Shown here: piece after piece, positions 1 through 10,101 of the stretch
Layout: every line of letters starts with the position of its first letter
Numbering within the stretch: position 1 is the first letter of the stretch
Source: Dehalococcoidia bacterium
GTDB taxonomy: Bacteria; Chloroflexota; Dehalococcoidia; Plut-88900
Direction of reading: 5' to 3'
NCBI GenBank assembly: GCA_965207225.1
Contig: CBDBLV010000003.1
Span: 128,001 to 192,000 of the forward strand
DNA length: 64,000 nt
Position numbers and translations under genes: made by a program
The notes under the pieces: generated by a model
Database searches by the model: none
What the model saw: only the letters and a program-made list of their open reading frames with translations
Told to the model about the DNA's origin: nothing

Positions 1-63
1 CTATGATATCCTAAATGCGCTCCCTGTTTCCTGGATTACCTACCCATATATGGCGTTTTCGGC

Positions 64-2013
64 ATGGCAGTAGGGGCCATAAGCTTCCTGACAGGCAGGT
101 GGCGGCGCATAGGGACCAAGCTCTACTTGGCCCTGGGATTTGCCGTAGCCTTGACACTGATCTCGGGCGGAGTAGCGGTCTACTACTTCGAGCAAAGCGG
201 AGACCACAACTACGACCTGCAGTCCGAAACCGTTCCCGCCCTGGAGTCATCCTGGGTAGCCGCCCGGGAGGCTGAGAGGCTCAGAATCCTGGGCCTGGAA
301 GTGGCGGCAGATGCGGAGTCGGGGTTCCACCCGCAGGACAGCCAGACCCTCTCCACCACCCTCGGAAGACTGGAAGAAGCGCTGAATGTGGTAAGCGGCG
401 TGCCTGCCCTCGCAGAGGAAGCGCAGTCAGTGAGCGACGCCGCCTACGACCTTGCGGATGTCATCGATGACCTGGTTGTCGCCCGAGAGTCGCTCCTTAC
501 CACCGATACCTCAGTACAGGAAGTCAGACTCCGACTGGCCGCCATGTCCTCGGATGTAGGCGACTCAGAAGCGGCGCTATCATTGCTTCGCCAGGCCCTG
601 GAAGCCCGGGGAGAAGTCGAGCTCCAGGAAATGTTCGATGCATTCTCGGTGGTCCATGCCACCGGCATAGACCCGGAGGTATCGGCCCTCGGGGGAGGCA
701 CGGGTGTCTTCTACATTCGGGGACAGCAGCTTGTCCTGGAAGAGAACATCAGGGAGCTCGCTACGTCCTTCGATCTCTCGAGCGAAGAGCTGCAGTCTTC
801 GGTCACAACGCTCCTGGAGGCTTCCGGCGCCGAGTCCTCCGAAGCCCTCGGCCTCGCCATAAGCAGCTTCGACGAAGGCCGCACCTTGCTGGCAGGAATC
901 AGCGTAATCAGCGTAATAGCCGCCACGCTGGCCGCCTGGGTATGGGTCGGGAACGGCATGGTCCGCAGGCTGTCCCGCATGTCGGAACGGATGCGCAACA
1001 TGGCCGATGGAGACCTGGAGACGCCGGTCCCCGAAGTTGGTCGGGACGAAATTGGAGAGCTGGCCGGCGCCCTCGAAGTCTTTAGGCAGCAGGCGCTGGA
1101 AGTGCAGCGCCTGAACCTGGTGGAAAAGCTCTATGAAGACCTGCGTGTAGCCAACGAGGAGCTGAAGCGCCTCCAGGCGCGGCTTGTAGCCCAGGAGAAG
1201 CTGGCCGCCCTGGGTGAACTGGTGTCCGGGGTAGCCCACGAAATAAGCAACCCCCTGAACTTTGTCAACAACTTCTCCGAGGGCTCGCTGGAGCTTTATG
1301 GCGAACTCACAGAGATGCTGGATAACTACAGGGACAGGATGTCGGAGGACGACACTGCTCTGCTGGACGACATAACCGAGGAGATGAACACGAGCCTGAA
1401 ACGGGTGCTGTCCAACGGGGGGCGAGCCCTCGCCATCGTTGAAAGGATGAGAGGATTTGGCGTAATAGGCGGCGAGGCCGCCCCGGTGGAACTGAACGGG
1501 GCATTGAGAGAGGCCGTGCTCTCCGGCTGCAGTACCCTGAACTCGGAGTGGGAAGGATTCTCGATACAACCCGTCTTTGACATGGATCCCGAGGTTGGGG
1601 AGATGACATTGGTGGAGCGTGACTTCGATGAGGCGATACTGAACCTGGTGTCGAATTCATACTTCGCCATGCACGAAAAGAGCCGCGCATCCGAAGGCTA
1701 CGAACCTGCACTGTTCATTTCCACCCGGCGCATAGACGATACGGTCGAGATTCGAGTGCGGGACAATGGGCCGGGTATACCTGATGACATTGTTGGCCGT
1801 ATATTCAATCCTTTCTTCTCCACCCGAGACGGCGCAGTGGGGGCCGGACTGGGACTTCCTTTGGCGGCGGACGTGGCCCGCAGATACGGCGGCGACCTAT
1901 CTGTGGATACGGTTCACGGGGAGTACGCGGAGTTCCTGATGACCCTCCAGCTAACCGGGGAAGACGCCGTCGAACCCGCCGACCAGGGCGCCCTCGTCCA
2001 GGAGCCGGCTTAG
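64..2013 (+). CDS. Membrane sensor histidine kinase (2 TM, extracytoplasmic domain, HAMP, HisKA, HATPase)
   Basis: Two TM segments, HAMP (GRDEIGELA), H-box GVAHEISNPL, N-box NLVSN, DNGPGIP, FNPFFST, GAGLGL. Confidence 0.93.
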   Translation: MAVGAISFLTGRWRRIGTKLYLALGFAVALTLISGGVAVYYFEQSGDHNYDLQSETVPALESSWVAAREAERLRILGLEVAADAESGFHPQDSQTLSTTLGRLEEALNVVSGVPALAEEAQSVSDAAYDLADVIDDLVVARESLLTTDTSVQEVRLRLAAMSSDVGDSEAALSLLRQALEARGEVELQEMFDAFSVVHATGIDPEVSALGGGTGVFYIRGQQLVLEENIRELATSFDLSSEELQSSVTTLLEASGAESSEALGLAISSFDEGRTLLAGISVISVIAATLAAWVWVGNGMVRRLSRMSERMRNMADGDLETPVPEVGRDEIGELAGALEVFRQQALEVQRLNLVEKLYEDLRVANEELKRLQARLVAQEKLAALGELVSGVAHEISNPLNFVNNFSEGSLELYGELTEMLDNYRDRMSEDDTALLDDITEEMNTSLKRVLSNGGRALAIVERMRGFGVIGGEAAPVELNGALREAVLSGCSTLNSEWEGFSIQPVFDMDPEVGEMTLVERDFDEAILNLVSNSYFAMHEKSRASEGYEPALFISTRRIDDTVEIRVRDNGPGIPDDIVGRIFNPFFSTRDGAVGAGLGLPLAADVARRYGGDLSVDTVHGEYAEFLMTLQLTGEDAVEPADQGALVQEPA

Positions 2014-2060
2014 ATCAGGGCCCATCCAATACCTCCCGTAATTCCCAGGCTGGCCTTGTC

Positions 2061-3023
2061 CTAGCGTCTCCTGAATATCAGGTAGGAGAACACCCCCGCG
2101 GCGAAGGCGCTGGTCGCCGCCTGAATCACAATTAGGGTCGTGCGCCTGCGCGGAGAGGATGCTATTCCTCCCAGCGTATTCCGGATCCGCGGCAGTGCAT
2201 CCCCGATTACCGGCACCGCCGGCTCCTCCAGTTCCGAGGTCCCAGACCCCGAGGTCGGTGCTGCCGTGGTGACTGGTGCAGGCCCTGGGGTGAAGGTAGA
2301 CGCAGGAGTTGAAGTCGGGGCAGGCGTGGCAGTCGGGATGGGTACGGGCGTGGGCACAGGAGTAGGGGTCGGGGTGGGAGTGGGGGTTGGGGTGGGAGTG
2401 GGGGTTGGGGTGGGTGTAGGTGTTGGCGTAGGAGTAGGTGTTGGCGTAGGAGTAGGTGTTGGTGTGGGCGTGGGAGTGGGCGTTGGGATAGGTGTAGGGG
2501 TAGAGGTCGGCACAGGCGTCGCCGTGGGTGGGGGAGGGGGAGTTGGGGTCGCCTCTACTTCGCGCGTTGGAATAGGAGTGGGTGTTGGGGTAGGTGTGGA
2601 CGTGGGAGGCGGTGGCGGCGGGGGTGGAGGAGGCGGAGGTGGGGGTGGGGGGGGTTGCGCGGGACCGCTCTCAACTATGTCACACCAATCGCTGGGGTCG
2701 CTCCCGCAAGGGAACTGACATTCATGCCCACCAATGCTAACGGCGCAACTGGGATTATTGAGTGAAGTGGGAGGCGGCGGGGGAAGACCTCTGTTGTCGC
2801 AGGGGACGGTAGTACTGGTGGTATCCCCATTTTCGTCTTCGTAGTAGTAAGTGCACTGCAGACCGTCTTGGGCGTTTGCGCGTAGATCAAGCCCGACAGC
2901 TATGGCACCAAAGACCATAGCGACAATGAAGCCGCCCAGTGCAAACTTCAAACACCCCGATTTGGCAATTATCATCAGGAAGCTAGGTATCCGAGTCCGT
3001 CCCGCTTCAGCTTTTGGTCGCAA
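2061..3023 (-). CDS. Secreted/surface Pro-Thr-rich protein with small Cys-rich domain and C-terminal membrane anchor
   Basis: Signal-like hydrophobic stretch ending ANA-QD, six Cys, poly-Pro and (PT)n tract, C-terminal TM plus RRR; start uncertain. Confidence 0.7.
   Translation of the reverse strand: MRPKAEAGRTRIPSFLMIIAKSGCLKFALGGFIVAMVFGAIAVGLDLRANAQDGLQCTYYYEDENGDTTSTTVPCDNRGLPPPPPTSLNNPSCAVSIGGHECQFPCGSDPSDWCDIVESGPAQPPPPPPPPPPPPPPPPPTSTPTPTPTPIPTREVEATPTPPPPPTATPVPTSTPTPIPTPTPTPTPTPTPTPTPTPTPTPTPTPTPTPTPTPTPTPTPTPVPTPVPIPTATPAPTSTPASTFTPGPAPVTTAAPTSGSGTSELEEPAVPVIGDALPRIRNTLGGIASSPRRRTTLIVIQAATSAFAAGVFSYLIFRRR
2340..2655. repeat. Low-complexity hexamer/trimer repeat encoding (PT)n and poly-Pro
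   Basis: GGNGTN repeats on the + strand inside the 2061-3023 CDS. Confidence 0.85.
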
Positions 3024-3396
3024 GTCAGTCTGCCCCTACCTCACTCCCCCGAGAACATAGGCTACAAGCATATCGACTTTGCTCAGCTCAGATGAGACTG
3101 GCCATAGGTCGAGAAGTTGACCCGTCAGCTTGACAAGGTTCAAAACCCTGCCTTAACCCAATTATATGCCCACCTTTAATATCCACACAGCTAATATAGC
3201 CACCCGTGCTTTATTATTCTCAACCCGCTCCTCGTCATAGGCCGGGCGGTTGATTCGGCGCTTTTGCACTGCCTTCCCGCGCTCCACGCACCCTTGACCA
3301 TTTGTATCCCCTCCCCTCTATTCGAAGTTCAGGTTAGACCGCCGTGAGAAGTCGGTGTCTATCATCCGCCAGACATGCAATCTACCTTCGTTTCCA

Positions 3397-3425
3397 TTGA
3401 CACTATGACCCGTCGGGACTAGAAT
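3397..3425 (+). promoter_or_regulatory. sigma70/sigmaA-type promoter
   Basis: TTGACA (3397-3402) - 17 nt - TAGAAT (3420-3425). Confidence 0.85.
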
Positions 3426-3434
3426 TTCTCAGGT

Positions 3435-3461
3435 TTAGCACTCGTATTGGCGGAGTGCTAA
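3435..3461 (+). promoter_or_regulatory. CIRCE element (HrcA operator)
   Basis: Exact consensus TTAGCACTC-N9-GAGTGCTAA between the promoter and the GGAGG RBS. Confidence 0.95.
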
Positions 3462-3480
3462 ACGTATCTCGGAGGACCGA

Positions 3481-3810
3481 ATGCCTTTATACGACTACGA
3501 ATGCCTGACCTGCAGCCGCCGCTTCGAGGTGCGCCAGAGTGTCAGCGAGGTTGGCAACGCACCTTGCCCCACCTGCGCATCCGATTCCCGCCGTGTCTTC
3601 CACTCCGTCCCCATCCTCTTCAAGGGCTCCGGCTTCTACTCCACCGACCACCGCAAAGGCCAGGCCAGCTCAACTGCCAACGGCAAGGAGGAGTCTTCCG
3701 ATTCTTCCTCCGAGTCCAAATCCGACTCCAAGCCCAAGTCCGAGTCCTCCTCTTCCGACAAGTCCTCAGAGAAGAGCGCCGACAAGGTAGCCTCCACCTC
3801 CGACACCTAA
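3481..3810 (+). CDS. FmdB-family zinc-ribbon protein with Ser/Lys-rich tail
   Basis: MPLYDYECxxC...CPxC...FKGSGFYSTD signature, GGAGG RBS. Confidence 0.9.
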   Translation: MPLYDYECLTCSRRFEVRQSVSEVGNAPCPTCASDSRRVFHSVPILFKGSGFYSTDHRKGQASSTANGKEESSDSSSESKSDSKPKSESSSSDKSSEKSADKVASTSDT

Positions 3811-3816
3811 GTCCAC

Positions 3817-4284
3817 TTGAAGGCTCTCCTCCAAAGAGTCTCCCGCGCTTCCGTCACCGTTGATGGCGACTCCGTAGGAAGCATCGACACGGGCCTTTGC
3901 CTTTTCCTCTGTGTCAAGCAGGACGATACCCGTGAAGACGCCGACTACCTGAAGGAAAAGACTCTCCACCTCAGGATCTTCCCCGACAACGCCGGACGCT
4001 TTGACAGGTCCGTTCTCGATATCTCAGGCGGCCTCCTCGTCATCAGCCAGTTCACATTGGCAGCGGACACCAGGAGGGGTCGGAGGCCAGGTTTCACTCG
4101 GGCCGCTCAGCCGGACGTCGCCGAGCCGATGCTCGAATATTTCCTAGGGCAGTGCCGGGCTTCGGGCCTCAACGTGGAAACCGGCCGTTTCGGGGCCCAC
4201 ATGCAGGTCGACCTCTGCAACGACGGCCCGGTCACAATCTGGCTCGACAGCCGGGACAGGCACACTTCCCGCCGAAATTCCTAA
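3817..4284 (+). CDS. dtd: D-aminoacyl-tRNA deacylase
   Basis: QRVSRASV, LRIF, SQFTL, GRRPGF, NDGPVT motifs. Confidence 0.95.
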   Translation: MKALLQRVSRASVTVDGDSVGSIDTGLCLFLCVKQDDTREDADYLKEKTLHLRIFPDNAGRFDRSVLDISGGLLVISQFTLAADTRRGRRPGFTRAAQPDVAEPMLEYFLGQCRASGLNVETGRFGAHMQVDLCNDGPVTIWLDSRDRHTSRRNS

Positions 4285-4289
4285 CCCTT

Positions 4290-5594
4290 CTACCCCACAA
4301 AATTCCTCGGTGGGCTTATCGGGACCCCTTCCGCGAAGCGGCTCGGCCTGAATGCGCTGATGTCTATCGACGTCTTCCCGTCCACAATCAGCTCCGATAT
4401 CAGCTTCCCGCTCATTGGCCCCATAGCAAACCCGTGCCCCGAGAACCCCGCCGCCACTACGTAACCCTTTGGCCTGCCCACCTCCCCGAATACCGGCAGC
4501 ATGTCGGGTGTCAGGTCAATCAGCCCCGCCCACGCCCTCTCCTCGCGCACACCCTCAAGCCACGGAATGGTCTTGACCAGCCACTTCAGCCCCTCGTCAA
4601 CCGTCTTCCGGTTCACCCTGGGCTCGACATCCGAACGCAGCGGCCACGGCCTTCCTATCCGATTTACCAGCGGCAGTCTGGCGTGAACACTCCGAGGCAG
4701 CGCCCGACCCACGTGGAACTTGACCAGTTTGTGGTGCCGGACAATCTGTGGCAGCCACACACGGATATTGTCGAAGGTCTCCCGGGTCACGTCGTAGTCC
4801 CGGGGGTGGTTGTAGCCCCGGGTGAAGAGGATCCCGCCCCCCGGTTCCTGCCTGAACCCCGAATTCGGGCCCCGCACGAAGGGCATTATCCTCTTCGATA
4901 CAGGCTCCGTGATGGCCTGCGTCTGCCGGATGATTCTCACCGGAAACCGCTGCCCCACCTTCCTCCCAACGTGGTTGGCCCACACCCCCGCCGCATTTAC
5001 CACCCAGCCCGTATCAATCCTGCCCAGGTCCGTCTTCACTGATGTCACCCGGCCGTCCCGGGTCTCAATGTCTAACGCAGCGCAATTTGTGAGTACCTCC
5101 ACCCCCGATTCCCTCGCCGCCATCTCGAAAGCCTTGGTGCTTCTCGTTGGGTCCGCATGCCCGTCCGACGGTGAATAGAGCGACCCGATTACCGGGGCCG
5201 TTAGGCCGGGCACCAGCTCCCGGGTCTCCTCGGGGCTGATGATATAGGAGTCGACCCTGTGCTCCTTGGCCAGCCGCGCCCCCCGCTCTATCTCCTTCAT
5301 GTCAGCCTCGTTCTCCACGTAGAGCAGGTTCCCACCCGAAACATACCCGATGTCTGCGTTCAGCTCCTTCTCCAGACTCTCCCACATCTTGATGCACTCC
5401 AGCATGAACGGGAACTCCGTCGGGTTCCGACCCTGCACCCGCACCCCTCCCGTGTTCCGCCCCGACGCCTCCCCAGCCGTATCGCCCTTCTCCACCACCG
5501 TGACCCGCTTGCCCTTCTTCGCCAGGTAATAGGCTGCGGCGCATCCCGTTATCCCCCCACCGATGATTACCACATCCGTTTCTCTGCTCTTCAT
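4290..5594 (-). CDS. FAD-dependent oxidoreductase (DadA/sarcosine oxidase beta family)
   Basis: GGGITG Rossmann motif, ASGRNTG, TPDMLP, GFSGHGF; TGATG coupling with the upstream PAS gene. Confidence 0.9.
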   Translation of the reverse strand: MKSRETDVVIIGGGITGCAAAYYLAKKGKRVTVVEKGDTAGEASGRNTGGVRVQGRNPTEFPFMLECIKMWESLEKELNADIGYVSGGNLLYVENEADMKEIERGARLAKEHRVDSYIISPEETRELVPGLTAPVIGSLYSPSDGHADPTRSTKAFEMAARESGVEVLTNCAALDIETRDGRVTSVKTDLGRIDTGWVVNAAGVWANHVGRKVGQRFPVRIIRQTQAITEPVSKRIMPFVRGPNSGFRQEPGGGILFTRGYNHPRDYDVTRETFDNIRVWLPQIVRHHKLVKFHVGRALPRSVHARLPLVNRIGRPWPLRSDVEPRVNRKTVDEGLKWLVKTIPWLEGVREERAWAGLIDLTPDMLPVFGEVGRPKGYVVAAGFSGHGFAMGPMSGKLISELIVDGKTSIDISAFRPSRFAEGVPISPPRNFVG

Positions 5595-6103
5595 CAATCT
5601 ACGCCCTCCCCCAACCTTTTCTCCAATTCCCCCACGCGCTGCTTCAACTCGCGTTCTCTCTGCCAGCCCTCAGTTGAATCCCTGACTATCGCAGCCACGC
5701 CCTCCGCCACGCCGTCTTCGGACTTTATCAGGCACACGGTAAACTCCAGCGAGATTCTGCTGCCGTCCCTCCCCATGCCTGGGACGGAAAGAAGCTGGTC
5801 GCCATATCGAGTCTCCCCCGTTTCCATCACCCGACGATAGCCCTCCCAGTGCCTCTCCCTGAACCGCTCCGGTACTATCAGGTCAAGCGTCGACCCCACC
5901 GCTTCCGACTCCCCGTACCCGAAAATCCGCTCCGCCCCCCTGTTCCACAACCGGATGATTCCTTCCCCATCTGCGAAGATGATCCCATCGCTGGACCCAT
6001 CGAATATCTGCTTTAATACTCGGGCCGTGTCCGGTTGCGTTTTCAAGCCGTACCCACCGAATAATGTGCGCCCGATGTTCCCCCCATTTCCGACCATTGT
6101 CAA
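5594..6103 (-). CDS. Stand-alone PAS domain protein
   Basis: DGIIFADGEGIIRLWNRGAERIFGY PAS S-box; start uncertain. Confidence 0.85.
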   Translation of the reverse strand: MTMVGNGGNIGRTLFGGYGLKTQPDTARVLKQIFDGSSDGIIFADGEGIIRLWNRGAERIFGYGESEAVGSTLDLIVPERFRERHWEGYRRVMETGETRYGDQLLSVPGMGRDGSRISLEFTVCLIKSEDGVAEGVAAIVRDSTEGWQRERELKQRVGELEKRLGEGVD

Positions 6104-6145
6104 ACCACCATCAACCCTTCCAGAACCTCCCCAAGGAGCCCCGAC

Positions 6146-6664
6146 ATGCCTGGTGAATTCCGCTATTGCCCCATGTGCCGCTCGACCCTTGGCTCAAAGG
6201 TTAGAGGCGGTAGGCCCCGACCCCAATGCCCGCAATGCGGCTTCGTCCAATACCGTAACCCGGTAGCCGGCGTGGCAGTCATCTGCGCGGGCGAAGAAGG
6301 GGTGCTTATGGGGCGTCGGGCAAAGGGACAGACCCGTGAAGGCCAATGGTGTATCCCCTGCGGCTACGTCGAGTGGGGAGAGGACATCAGGGATGCGGCC
6401 AGGCGTGAGCTGCGGGAAGAGACCGGCTTGGAAATAGAGGTTGGACCCGTCTACGACGTCCACTCCAACTTCCACGATCCCAACTCATTGACGGTCGGCG
6501 TCTGGTTCCTCGGAAAGGTCATCGGCGGCGCCATGAACGCCGCCGATGATGTTGACCTTATCGATTTCTTCCCCCCTCACCACCCCCCGGAACCCCTCGC
6601 CTTTCCCACCGATAAGCTGATCCTCGATAGATTGGCGAGAGAGGGCTTCCCCGACTGGCCTTAG
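6146..6664 (+). CDS. NUDIX hydrolase with N-terminal zinc ribbon
   Basis: YCPMC...CPQC and Nudix box GYVEWGEDIRDAARRELREETG. Confidence 0.92.
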   Translation: MPGEFRYCPMCRSTLGSKVRGGRPRPQCPQCGFVQYRNPVAGVAVICAGEEGVLMGRRAKGQTREGQWCIPCGYVEWGEDIRDAARRELREETGLEIEVGPVYDVHSNFHDPNSLTVGVWFLGKVIGGAMNAADDVDLIDFFPPHHPPEPLAFPTDKLILDRLAREGFPDWP

Positions 6665-8049
6665 CCCGACACCCCCAGCTCCAACTCCAGTTCAGTCAGC
6701 GACCGGTCGACCGCATCCAGGATGTCGTCCACCTGCTCCTTGGTGGCTATCAACGCCGGAGCGATGAACATGGGGAGCCCCCGGTTCAGGTTCTGCGGGC
6801 GTCTCGGGCCCCAGAGACTCGAGTAAAGCGCCAGCCCGTTCTTCAGGGCTATGGACTGGAACACCTCTTCCGCGTTGACCTCGGGTGGGAAGAACTCCAG
6901 CGTCTCCTTGTTGCTGACCAGCTCGGGCACTAGCAGCATGCCCTGGCCCCGGATATCGGCAATGGTCGGGTGGTCAAGCAAAGCTTTGGCCTTGTCGTGC
7001 ATGTATGCCCCTACCTCCGCCGCCTGGTCGACCAGCCCGTCCTTCTCGATGATGTCTATCACCTCAAGCCCGACCGCACAGGCCACCGCGTGCCCCGAGT
7101 AGGTGTACCCGTGCACGAAGTGCCCGCCGTTCTTCACGAAAGTGTCGTTGATTTCGTCCGAAACGGTCACCGCCGCCAGGGGTGCGTAGCAGCTCCCGAT
7201 TCCCTTGGCCGTGACCATCACGTCCGCCTCGACGTCATAGTGCTCCATCCCGAACCACTTGCCCGTCCGGCCCCACCCGGTGATCACTTCGTCGGCTATC
7301 AGTAAAATGTCGTAACGGTCGCATATTTCCCGGATGGTCTGCCAGTATTCGGGAGGCGGGGCCAGCCCGTAGTCCCGACCCTGCGCCAGGGGTGTGGCCA
7401 GAAACGCTGCCACGTGCTGAGGCCCGGCGTAGTAGATCGCCTCTTCCAGCTCCTGGGCGCACTGGATTGCGAAGTCCTTGGGGTCCATGCGGGGTGGGGT
7501 CTCCCTCACGCTGTGCTGGTGTACGTGGGGCCACCTGGTCAGCATGGGCGTAAAGTCCGTCTGGTTCCCCGCCATCCCAGCCACCGACAATGCCCCCAGG
7601 CTCATGCCGTGATAGCTTTCGTAACGGGAAATAACTATGTGCTTCTCGGAGTTGCCCCGCTCCAGGTGGTACTGCCGGGCGACCTTTATCGCCGTCTCCA
7701 CCGCCTCAGAACCCCCCGACGCCAGGAAGGTAGTATTCAAACTCCCCGGCGCCTTCTGGCTGATCCGCTCACACAGCTCCGCCCGAGGCCTGTTCGAAAG
7801 TACCGGGTGGCAATAGGCGAACTTCTCCGCCTGCTTGGTCATTGCCTCGATGACGCGCCGGTCACCGTGGCCCAGGTTCACCGCCATCGGCCCCCCCGAC
7901 ACATCGATGTACCGGTTGCCGTCCTCGTCGTACAGGTAGATCCCCTCGGCCCTCTCCAGCACCGGCGAGAAGGGGTGATAGGAAAAGGCGCGGGCCCAAA
8001 CTCCATCCGGCTCCCTGGTCCCGGGTCTCGGGTTTTCCGTTAGCGTCAT
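6661..8049 (-). CDS. Class III PLP-dependent aminotransferase
   Basis: SGGSEAVE, SYHG, LIADEVITGWGRTG, TAKG, HGYTYSGH. Confidence 0.93.
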   Translation of the reverse strand: MTLTENPRPGTREPDGVWARAFSYHPFSPVLERAEGIYLYDEDGNRYIDVSGGPMAVNLGHGDRRVIEAMTKQAEKFAYCHPVLSNRPRAELCERISQKAPGSLNTTFLASGGSEAVETAIKVARQYHLERGNSEKHIVISRYESYHGMSLGALSVAGMAGNQTDFTPMLTRWPHVHQHSVRETPPRMDPKDFAIQCAQELEEAIYYAGPQHVAAFLATPLAQGRDYGLAPPPEYWQTIREICDRYDILLIADEVITGWGRTGKWFGMEHYDVEADVMVTAKGIGSCYAPLAAVTVSDEINDTFVKNGGHFVHGYTYSGHAVACAVGLEVIDIIEKDGLVDQAAEVGAYMHDKAKALLDHPTIADIRGQGMLLVPELVSNKETLEFFPPEVNAEEVFQSIALKNGLALYSSLWGPRRPQNLNRGLPMFIAPALIATKEQVDDILDAVDRSLTELELELGVSG

Positions 8050-8118
8050 TTCTTCGTCCTCCTGTCTCGGTGGGTGGGCTTCGGTCCTACAAGTCCCCGG
8101 CGATATTCCAATAGAGTT

Positions 8119-8549
8119 CTAGCCTGATGGCGGCGGCTCATCGAAGGCTTGCCCTTGCCGCTCGGCCTCCACCCTACGTTCGTTCCAGGCCTGCCACAGA
8201 GCCGAAATTTCGTCACGCGCCTCTGTCACAGCCTCCGCTATCTGTCTCTGCTTCCTCTTTTCGAACCATTCTTCCAGTCGCTCTGCCAGTACCAAACCGT
8301 TCCTCCAGACCTCGGTGACTATCAACGCACCAGCCACCGACGGTGGTATCAGCCTCCCAACCCCCACCACGCTGCCAGTACCGTGTCCAATATCCCATCG
8401 GCCTTGACAACGCGGACTTCCTCATATGTTACCAGCCCGGCGCCAATCAGCACCAGAGCTATGAAGACCATGAAATAGAGACTCTTCGTCTCCCTGTCGA
8501 CGCTCCATATCGACTCCCTTTCACTCTCTTCTTTGTTGCTTAGCATCAT
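8119..8549 (-). pseudogene. Small membrane protein apparently split by a 1-nt frameshift near 8370 (ORFs 8349-8549 and 8119-8370)
   Basis: Overlapping ORFs in adjacent frames join into a coherent 2-TM protein with a charged tail ending DEPPP. Confidence 0.5.
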
Positions 8550-8715
8550 TCAATCAGTTTAGTCGGTGTGCTGATGCATTAACGTGATTACATAGGACTA
8601 TAGCGCACTCCAACTGTACCCTGTGCTGTCAAGCAAACCCTCACCCCCCACACCTGACACCCCCACCCCCTTGGCAGTATCATTCCCCCAACTCCCCTTC
8701 GCCGGAGGCCGTCAC

Positions 8716-9927
8716 ATGGAACCGCCCCTGAAAGGCATCCGAGTCCTCGAGGTCGCCAACTGGCTCGCCATACCCTCCTGCGGCGCCATGATGGCCGACA
8801 TGGGCGCCGACGTTATAAAGGTCGAGGCCCTCCAGGGCGATACATTCCGCACCGAGATACGGGACGCAGACTTCGGCACGCCTTTCCCCATCAGCTACGC
8901 CTTCGAGATGGACAACCGCGGCAAGCGCTCCATGGCCCTCGACCTCTCCCGACCCGGGGCCCAGGAGGCCGTCCACAAGCTCGCCGCCAGGGCTGACGTC
9001 TTTACCACCAACCTCATACCCCGACGCCAGGAAGCCTTCCACCTTACCTACGAGGAGCTTTCCAAAGATCACCCCCGACTCATCTACCTCTCCTTCAACG
9101 GCTACGGGAACAAAGGCCCCGAAAAGGACCGCACCGGTTTCGACTACACAGCCTTCTGGACCCGCTCCGGCGCCATGTCCCTCTTCAGCCGACCCGGCGA
9201 AGACCCCGTCAACCTCCGCTCCGGTTTCGGCGACCATACCAGCGCCACGGCGCTTTTGGCAGGTGTGATGACCGCGCTTTGGGTCAGGGAGAGGACGGGC
9301 CGGGGGCAGACGGTCTCTACTTCCCTGCTCAACATGGGACTCTGGGTCGTTGGCGGCGATCTGTCCCGCTCTCTCTACGCTCGACAACACCCCTTCCAGT
9401 GGAGGCGTGAGGAGTCGCCTAACCCCCTCCAGAACACCTATCAGACCAGGGACGGCAAGTGGATAAACGTCGTCTCGCCCAATACCAACGAGAAATGGGC
9501 CGGGTTCTGCAAGGCCATTGGCCGAGAAGATCTCACCACCGACGCAAAGTCCTCTGAGCCCCTCGCCCGACGCGAAAACGCCCTCGAACTCATCCCCGAC
9601 CTCGACTCCACCCTCGCTCGCTTCACCCTGGCTGAGCTCCGCCCGCGCCTCGACGCCAATGGCGTTATCTGGGCCCCCATGCAGGACCTCATGGAGTCCA
9701 TGCACGACCCCCAGGTCCGCGCCAACGACTTCATCGTCACCGTCGACCACCCCACCCACGGCCCCTACGAGACCTTGGCCACCCCCCTGAAGTTCAGCGA
9801 AAGCGAGGTTAAACCCCGCGGCGCCGCCCCCGAGATGGGCCAGCACACCGAGCAAGTCCTCGTTGACGAACTCGGTTACTCCTGGGAAGAAATCGAGTCC
9901 CTCCGCGAAGACGGCGCCATCAACTAA
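8716..9927 (+). CDS. Family III CoA-transferase (CaiB/BaiF)
   Basis: PLKGIRVLE, ADMGADVIKVE, NRGKRS, catalytic-position GD, APEMGQHT; GGAGG RBS before ATG 8716. Confidence 0.93.
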   Translation: MEPPLKGIRVLEVANWLAIPSCGAMMADMGADVIKVEALQGDTFRTEIRDADFGTPFPISYAFEMDNRGKRSMALDLSRPGAQEAVHKLAARADVFTTNLIPRRQEAFHLTYEELSKDHPRLIYLSFNGYGNKGPEKDRTGFDYTAFWTRSGAMSLFSRPGEDPVNLRSGFGDHTSATALLAGVMTALWVRERTGRGQTVSTSLLNMGLWVVGGDLSRSLYARQHPFQWRREESPNPLQNTYQTRDGKWINVVSPNTNEKWAGFCKAIGREDLTTDAKSSEPLARRENALELIPDLDSTLARFTLAELRPRLDANGVIWAPMQDLMESMHDPQVRANDFIVTVDHPTHGPYETLATPLKFSESEVKPRGAAPEMGQHTEQVLVDELGYSWEEIESLREDGAIN

Positions 9928-9991
9928 CCCCCTTCCTACTCTCCCTTTCCCCGTAGCGGCATCCCTCGTGGGCGCCCTCCCCTGGGCGGCG

Positions 9992-10029
9992 GGGCCGCTC
10001 GTGCTGAGGCACTCGAAGTGCGAGCGGGG
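9992..10029. repeat. REP-like palindrome CCCGCTCATACTTCGAGxxCCTCAGCACGAGCGGCCC (other copies near 40082-40120, 41409-41445, 62596-62632)
   Basis: Four related intergenic copies in both orientations. Confidence 0.75.
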
Positions 10030-10101
10030 GGGTGGCCCACGCACTGCCGACCCCTCACCTTGGCCTCCCACCACCCCCCACTGAGTTATAATCCCCCCAC
10101 C

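Noticed and set aside
2140-2718. (GV)n ORF on the + strand
   Set aside because: Antisense shadow of the (PT)n repeat
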